Below, one piece after another: positions 8,665 through 14,173 of a DNA stretch of 14,173 nt. The stretch's first letter is position 1. Each line of letters starts with the position of its first letter. Source of the stretch: Vulcanimicrobiota bacterium (GTDB lineage Bacteria > Vulcanimicrobiota > Vulcanimicrobiia > Vulcanimicrobiales > Vulcanimicrobiaceae); the NCBI GenBank assembly GCA_003135555.1, contig PLCF01000042.1, positions 1-14,173 of the forward strand. Reading direction: 5' to 3'. The notes under the pieces were generated by a model that saw only the letters and a list, made by a program, of their open reading frames with translations, did no database searches and was not told the origin of the DNA. The position numbers and the translations under genes are program-made.

Positions 8665-8837
8665 TCTGGTTCGCACCGTTTCATGCCCTGGCCGACGAAG
8701 AGCCCGATCCGCGGACTGCGCGCCAGCGCACCGAGCCGGCACATGCGCCCGGCGACGACGACGACGATGACGGCGCCGGTCCCGACCGCGCCCACGAACG
8801 GCCCGATCCCAACGAGCCGCGCGCCTCGCGGCGCTAG
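8661..8837 (+). CDS. Hypothetical 58-aa acidic, probably disordered protein (MIWFAPFHALADEEPDP...GDDDDDDG...RR)
   Basis: ATGA coupling to the upstream ORF. Its TAG (8835-8837) overlaps the convergent ispF TAG (8834-8836) in a shared CTAG. Confidence 0.55.
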   Translation: MIWFAPFHALADEEPDPRTARQRTEPAHAPGDDDDDDGAGPDRAHERPDPNEPRASRR

Positions 8838-9332
8838 CGCGCGGCGAGCGACTCCACGAGGACGACCGCGTGGGCGGCGATCCCCGTACCGTCGCCGGTG
8901 TATCCCATCCCCTCGGAGGTCTTGGCCTTCACGCTGATCAGCGCGACGTCGAGCCCCAGCACGTCGGCGAGGGCGTCCCGCATCAGCGGCACGTGCGGCG
9001 ACAACCGCGGCAGCTGCACGATGACCGTGGCGTCGACGTTGGCGATCGTCCAGCCGTGACGCACCGCCAGCTCGTGGCACGCGGCCAGCAGACGCAGCGA
9101 CTCAGCGTCCTTCCACTGCGGGTCGGTATCGGGGAAGTGCGCGCCCAGATCGCCCAGCGCGCACGCGCCGAGCAGCGCGTCGGCGATCGCATGGGTCAGC
9201 ACGTCGCCATCGCTGTGTCCCAACGGCCCGGCGTCGTGCTCGATGCGCACGCCGCACAGCACGAAGGGACGTCCGGCCTCCAGGCGGTGCGCGTCGAAAC
9301 CATGACCGACCCGAAACGGCGGCGCACGCCAC
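8834..9332 (-). CDS. ispF: 2-C-methyl-D-erythritol 2,4-cyclodiphosphate synthase
   Basis: RVGHGFDAHRL, GHSDGDVLTHAIADALLGA, GDLGAHFPDTD, NVDATVI, SVKAKTSEGMG. There is no in-frame start near the N-terminus. GTG at 9332, 1 nt after the upstream TAA, fits if one extra base near 9326-9329 is removed. Confidence 0.93.
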
Positions 9333-9333
9333 G

Positions 9334-10287
9334 TTACACCGCGCTGCGCGGCGCCAAGTGCGAAAGGTGCGCGGTGTAGAGCGCATCCTCGCCGGCGAGC
9401 GCGTGCAGCCGCGTCCCGAAGCCGCGCAAGCGCCGCGTTGGTCGCGTAGGCGCGGATGACCGTGGCGCCGGGAAGGTCGCGCTCGATCTCGTCGACCCGC
9501 GCCGCGCGCGCCTCGAGCTCGAGCAGCACCGCAGTCGACCGCACGCCGATCGACGTAACACTCGACGACCAGGATCTCTTCCTCGGGGATCTCCGCCGGG
9601 CGCGCGCTCGCGCAGCAGCGCTTCGGCGCGCACCAGATCGTTGGGCAGCGTGACCTTGAAGTTGGCGAAGGCGCTCTCGACGATCATGACGTCGAGCCCG
9701 GCGCGTTCGAGCAAGCGCAGCGTCGTCGGTCGCCGGCGGTTGACCGTGGCGCAGCGCTTCGGCGTGCGCGCGGCGCAGGTCCCGCGCGGTGGCGAATTGC
9801 GGCGTCTGTGCGGCCCACAAGCGTCGAACGGTCGAGCGTCCGCGTCACCTTACCGTCCGGCGCCGGCGACCTTCACGGTATCGACGATCGGGTTCGCCAG
9901 CAGCGCTGCGGTGCCTGGGCGCACCGGACGCATCCCGTTGCGAACGTCGGACGTCTGAACCAGCGGGCGCGCACCGTCGTGCACGAGGACCGCGGCGACG
10001 TCGTTGGAGAGCGCGTCGAGGCCTTGTCGAACGCTGCTCTGGCGGTCCGGGTCCGCCGCGCACCACGCTCGTCGTAGCGTGCTGCACGCGCGGCGTGCGC
10101 GATCGACTCCATCGCTTCGATGAACTCCGGCTCGGTCACGATGACCAGCTCGGAGATCTCCGCCATCGACGCGAAGGCCTCGACCGACCACGCGACCATC
10201 GGCTTTCCGGCCAGCTTCGACGAGCTGCTTGGGCCGCCCGAAGCGCTCCCCGTGCCCCGCCGCCACGATTACCGCCCCCCAGATCAT
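9334..10287 (-). CDS. ispD: 2-C-methyl-D-erythritol 4-phosphate cytidylyltransferase with ~85-aa C-terminal extension (frameshifted in this sequence)
   Basis: IspD motifs are spread across frames: [84 protein letters not shown]. Removing nine +1 insertions gives a 314-aa ORF ending at TAA 9334. ATGA overlap with yacL. Confidence 0.88.
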
Positions 10288-11345
10288 GCGCGCGCCTTCG
10301 GACGGGCGAAGATCATGCGGCCGGCGTTCGTCTGCAGGGCGCTGGTCACCGCGACGTCCACCGTTTCGCCGATCAGGCGCCGTCCGTTCTCGATCACGAT
10401 CATCGTTCCGTCGTCCAGATACCCAACGCCTTGATGCGCCTCGCGGCCTTCGCGGATCACGCTCACGCGCAGCTCCTCGCCCGGCAGGAGCACCGGCTTG
10501 ACCGCGTTGGCCAGCTCGTTGATGTTCAGAACGGTGACGCCCTCCACGTGTGCGACCTTGTTGAGGTTGTAATCGTTGGTGACCAGCTTCGCACCGCGCT
10601 CTTGCGCGAGGCGAACCAGCTTGGCATCGACTTGCGCGATGTCCTCGGGATCGCGCTCCACGATCTCGATCGCCGTCGTCTCCTGCAGTGCCGCGAGGAG
10701 CTCGAGCCCGCGGCGTCCGCGGGTGCGCCGCAACGGGTCGGCGCTGTCGGCGATGAGCTGCAGCTCGCGCAACACGAAGCGCGGCAGCAGGAGCGGCCCT
10801 TCGAGAAAACCGCTGCGTACGATGTCGAGCACGCGGCCGTCGATGATGACCGACGTGTCGAGCAGCTTCGGTTCGCCGCCGCCGGCCGTCGTCGCCGCCG
10901 GCGCGGCGATGCGGCCGATCGCGACCCGCTGCTTCGCCCCGACGCGCGCGCCGAGGAAGGCGGCGAAGATCGACAGCACGAGGTACAGCGCGATGGCGAT
11001 GTAGCCGCCGGTCGGTCCGGCGAAGGCGACGAATTCGAACAGGATGCTCTTGACCAGGAACGCGATCACGAGCCCGGTCACCAGACCGATCGCACCGCCG
11101 ACGAGCTCGCCCGGCGCGAGCCGGTCGATCGCCCGTTCCACGTGGTGCAGCTCCGTCTCGAAGAGCATTTGCGTGACCGGCACGACCATGACGCCGATGA
11201 CCGCGCCGAGTACCGGTGCGACCACCAGGGTCGTGAGCTGCCAGAATTGGCTGGCCACGTGGAGCGAGATGAGGTGGAGATAGGCCTGCTGGCCGAGCAG
11301 AAATCCCGTCACCCCGAAGATCAGGGCGAAGACGAGGCGCAGCAT
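10284..11345 (-). CDS. yacL: Membrane-anchored PIN/TRAM domain protein (YacL family)
   Basis: Four hydrophobic N-terminal segments, [76 protein letters not shown]. Start set at ATG 11345, after the repaired hemW stop; the alternative is ATG 11393. Confidence 0.93.
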   Translation of the reverse strand: MLRLVFALIFGVTGFLLGQQAYLHLISLHVASQFWQLTTLVVAPVLGAVIGVMVVPVTQMLFETELHHVERAIDRLAPGELVGGAIGLVTGLVIAFLVKSILFEFVAFAGPTGGYIAIALYLVLSIFAAFLGARVGAKQRVAIGRIAAPAATTAGGGEPKLLDTSVIIDGRVLDIVRSGFLEGPLLLPRFVLRELQLIADSADPLRRTRGRRGLELLAALQETTAIEIVERDPEDIAQVDAKLVRLAQERGAKLVTNDYNLNKVAHVEGVTVLNINELANAVKPVLLPGEELRVSVIREGREAHQGVGYLDDGTMIVIENGRRLIGETVDVAVTSALQTNAGRMIFARPKARA

Positions 11346-11367
11346 GACCGTGCCGCCGCGGCCGGGT

Positions 11368-12500
11368 TCAGGCGAGAAACGCGCCACAGACATCGTTCGC
11401 TACGAACCGGCCGCGGTCGGTGAGGCGCAGCTGACGCGGGGCCGGCGTCGAGCACGCCGTCCGCCACGAGATCGTCGACCACCGAGCCGGTATCGTTCCA
11501 ACACATCGATGCCGTAGCGTTCGCGGAACGCTTGCACGTCGACTCCTTCCGCGGTCCGCAGCGCCAGCATGATCGCTTCGCCGGTCCGGGCGGCGCCTTC
11601 CAGCCGCTCGCTCTCGCCCGGGATAAGGTCCCCGGTGAGTGCCGCATCGCAGTACGTCTCGAGGTTGCGGGTGTGGGTCGAGCGCACGCCGTCGAGGTAT
11701 GACGCGGCCCCGACCCCCAGCCCCAGGTACGGCTCGTTGGCCCAGTAGAGCGCGTTGTGGCGGCAGCGGAACCCGGGCTTGGCCCAGTTGGAGATCTCGT
11801 ACTGCTCGAAACCTGCGACGTGCAGCCGGTCGATCGCGATGGCGTACAACCGCGCTTCGTGCGTCTCGCCGGCGAACGCGCCGGGGTCACGCGCGAACCA
11901 CGCCGCGTAGGGCGTGCCCTCTTCGATGGTGAGCCCGTAGCACGACACGTGCTCCACGCCGAGCGCCACTGCCGCATCGAGCGACGCCGCCCAGCTGTCC
12001 TCGCTCTGCCCCGGAACGCCGAAGATCAGGTCGATCGAGACGTTGGTGAAACCCGCGGCGCGCGCCGCGCGCACCGTATCGGTGACGTTCGCCGGCGTAT
12101 GACGCCGGCCGAGCACTCGCAGCTCGTGCGGCTCGAACGACTGGACCCCGATCGAGAGGCGGCTAGCGCCGGCCGCGCGCAACCCGCCCAGCCGTTCGGC
12201 CAACGACGGATCGGGGTTGGCCTCCACGGATACCTCGGCGTCAGCCGGAAGCGCGAAACGCGCGCGTACGCCTTCGATGAGCGAACCGATGATCTCCGGA
12301 GCGTACATCGCCGGCGTCCCTCCGCCGAAAAACAGCGTCCGCGCGTGGACGCGCGGCGACGTCGTCAGCTCGGCGCGTAGCGCATCGAGATAACGCGCCG
12401 CCCGCGCATCATCCCACGCCCACTTCGCGAAATCGCAATACGGACAGATATACGGACAGAACGGCAGGTGGACGTAGACGCCGGCCCGCACCGCGTTCAC
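11368..12500 (-). CDS. hemW: Radical SAM heme chaperone HemW (two apparent +1 insertions near the 3' end)
   Basis: [16 protein letters not shown] (CxxxCxxC), [42 protein letters not shown]. The C-terminus continues [11 protein letters not shown] then [20 protein letters not shown] in two shifted frames. GTG 12500 overlaps the upstream TGA. Confidence 0.93.
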
Positions 12501-13645
12501 GGACGCAGCGACCGTCCTTCGGCGCTGCCGTGGCGCAGCCAATGCTCGTAGCCGCTGGCGAACGTTCCCTCGGCAACCGCAGTCCGAACGTCCGGATTCG
12601 CACTCAGATATTCTTTTTCGAGGAATTCCGGGAACGGCCGCTCCGCCTGCAGACCGAAGGAGCTCAGGAACGCCCGCACGACCTCCTCGCCGGCGTCCTC
12701 GGAGACGTGCGACTGGTCGGGTGCGTAGGCGCGGCTCCGGTCGCACACCGTGACGATCTCGTACGCCGGCCAGTACTCGACGTTGGCGCGCTCGCGCGCG
12801 ATGTCGCCCGCGACGGCGCGCAGCGTCGATTTGCCGTACACGTTCGCCGTCAAGACGTCGGTCGAGGTGAACGTCCGGTGCATCGGCACGGGCGAGACGG
12901 TCAGGATGACGCGAAGATCGGAACGACCGGCCGCGGTCAGGAGGTCCAACATCTCGGCGATCCGGGCGCGGTTCTCCGCGTAGTCGCTGACGTGCACGCT
13001 GAAGCGACCCGGGAAACGCTGCACGGTGTCCCAGCTCGGCGTGATGTTCAGATACAGCTGCGTCGCGCGGTCGTACCACACTTCGACCAGCCCCAGCGTG
13101 AGGATGACGACGCTCGCGTCCTTCAAGCGGCCGAAATACTCCCGCAGCTCGCCGCGGCGCTCGCGTGCGCGCTCGAGCGAGATCGGTCCGCCGATGTCTG
13201 CGAGCTGCAAGTCGCGGTACCCGCTACCGTCGGGGACGATCGCCTCGTCGGGAAACGGAACGCCGGCGAGCGACCAGCGCATCTCGTTGAGCATCGACGC
13301 GGTGGTGTACTTGTTGACGCCGTTCGCCCCGATCCCAGGGTCGCCCGGCTCTGCCCGGAAGCGCATGCTCGTCACGTTCAGGCCGCGGTATCGCAGCTGC
13401 CGTTCGATGACCCGCGCGAAACACGATCCGATGCAAAAGAACGCATCGTCGGGCATCACGCGGAACTTGGGCTCGACATTCGGCGTCGCAAAACCGTTGG
13501 CGAGACGGCCCCGGACGCTGCGCGGGAACTTCTCGGACTCGACGGGGACGTCCCACACGGCGTGCGGCTCTGCCACTGAGCGCTCCCACGCCTGTGCTCC
13601 TTCGACTCCCGGATCGTGCGGAGCCGCGATCGAATGCACCCTCAT
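12497..13645 (-). CDS. GSCFA-domain protein (putative SGNH-like hydrolase) with C-terminal YL.ANPDV...G..HW..HG..EGR module
   Basis: IGSCFA, ILTLGLVEVWYD, ILTVSPVP, ANVYGKSTLRAVA, YWPAYEIV, DQSHV. Start overlaps the degV stop (ATGA) and stop overlaps the hemW start (GTGA). Confidence 0.88.
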   Translation of the reverse strand: MRVHSIAAPHDPGVEGAQAWERSVAEPHAVWDVPVESEKFPRSVRGRLANGFATPNVEPKFRVMPDDAFFCIGSCFARVIERQLRYRGLNVTSMRFRAEPGDPGIGANGVNKYTTASMLNEMRWSLAGVPFPDEAIVPDGSGYRDLQLADIGGPISLERARERRGELREYFGRLKDASVVILTLGLVEVWYDRATQLYLNITPSWDTVQRFPGRFSVHVSDYAENRARIAEMLDLLTAAGRSDLRVILTVSPVPMHRTFTSTDVLTANVYGKSTLRAVAGDIARERANVEYWPAYEIVTVCDRSRAYAPDQSHVSEDAGEEVVRAFLSSFGLQAERPFPEFLEKEYLSANPDVRTAVAEGTFASGYEHWLRHGSAEGRSLRP

Positions 13646-14120
13646 GCCTCACCCGGGATAACGAAGATTCCGACCGCTCCTTGGCCGGCGTGCGTGCCGA
13701 TCACCGGGCCCGCTTCGAGCACTTGGATCGAGAAGGGTGTCGCCGTGATCTTCTCGCGCAGCTTGGTCACCACGCGTGCCGCTTCTTCCGCCGTATGCGA
13801 ATGGATCACGGAGATCCGCGCGCCCTCGGCCTTGTTGGCCTCGAGCGCAACCGCGTCGATCATCGAGTCGATCGCGCGCGCGAAGGTGCGCACCCGGGCG
13901 TGCGGCTCGATCTTGCCGTCCTCGATCCGCAGCACCGGGACGATCTTGACCAGCGAACCGACGAACGCTTGCGCGCGTGAGACGCGTCCGGTGCGCACGG
14001 CATGCGAGAGATCGGGGAGCGTCGCGAAGCCGCGCAGCACCGCTCGATCGCGCTCCACGGCTGCCAGTACCGCGGCCGCATCGGCGCCGGCCTGCGCGAG
14101 CTCGGCCGCGTGCTGCGCGC
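13642..14120 (-). CDS. degV: DegV/FakB family fatty-acid-binding protein, C-terminal part
   Basis: HAAELAQAG, TLPDLSHAVRTGRVS, GSLVKIVPVLRIEDGKIEP..RVRT, ISVIHS, GPVIGTHAGQGAVG. DegV-like sequence is lost beyond about 14120. Confidence 0.88.
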
Positions 14121-14173
14121 TCGCAAGAACCGGGCGGTCATGCTCGATGGCGTGACGCTGGAGGATCCCGACT
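14098..14173 (+). other. Short GlmU-like coding fragment at the window edge (probable chimeric join)
   Basis: The plus frame reads ELGRVLRARKNRAVMLDGVTLEDPD, resembling the GlmU linker helix/LbH start (R..N..LM..GVT..DP). The degV frame over the same bases is not DegV-like. Confidence 0.55.

Noticed and set aside
5400..8840. Mobile element explaining the LuxR cassette
   Set aside because: No transposase or integrase, and I found no terminal inverted repeats or target-site duplication.
8834..9820. IspD-IspF fusion suggested by the 328-aa ORF
   Set aside because: The ORF is a patchwork of shifted frames; the repaired IspD-extension ORF ends at TAA 9334 and a GTG follows at 9332.
9334..10287. 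ispD (and hemW) as true pseudogenes
   Set aside because: Only +1 insertions with intact motifs and no substitution decay, a pattern typical of sequencing error.
12501..13079. N-terminal extension of HemW (559-aa ORF)
   Set aside because: Out-of-frame overlap with the GSCFA gene; the GTG at 12500 overlapping its stop is the better start.

Overview
High-GC (roughly 70% by eye) bacterial chromosomal segment carrying, on the minus strand, the Bacillota-type conserved cluster degV(partial)-GSCFA-hemW-yacL(PIN/TRAM)-ispD-ispF // gltX-like-cysE-cysS-rlmB-sigH. Between ispF and the gltX-like gene sits an oppositely oriented accessory cassette: a 914-aa ATPase-TPR-LuxR (LAL/STAND-like) regulator and three small ORFs. 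The mrnC and yacP/rae1 genes of the Bacillus cluster are absent. Gene order plus high GC suggest a Terrabacteria lineage such as Vulcanimicrobiota/Eremiobacterota (inference only). Main points of interest: (1) after repairing nine single-base insertions, IspD reads through into an ~85-aa C-terminal domain resembling EF-G domain V; (2) the gltX-position gene has degenerate HIGH-proximal, RIEDTD and KMSKS motifs and a shortened acceptor-binding insertion; (3) the LuxR-STAND cassette is followed by an apparently leaderless pair of micro-ORFs; (4) sigH has its own consensus sigma70 promoter and a structured leader. About 12 +1 insertions in ispD, ispF and hemW, and a GlmU-like fragment at the right edge, look like sequencing or assembly artefacts.
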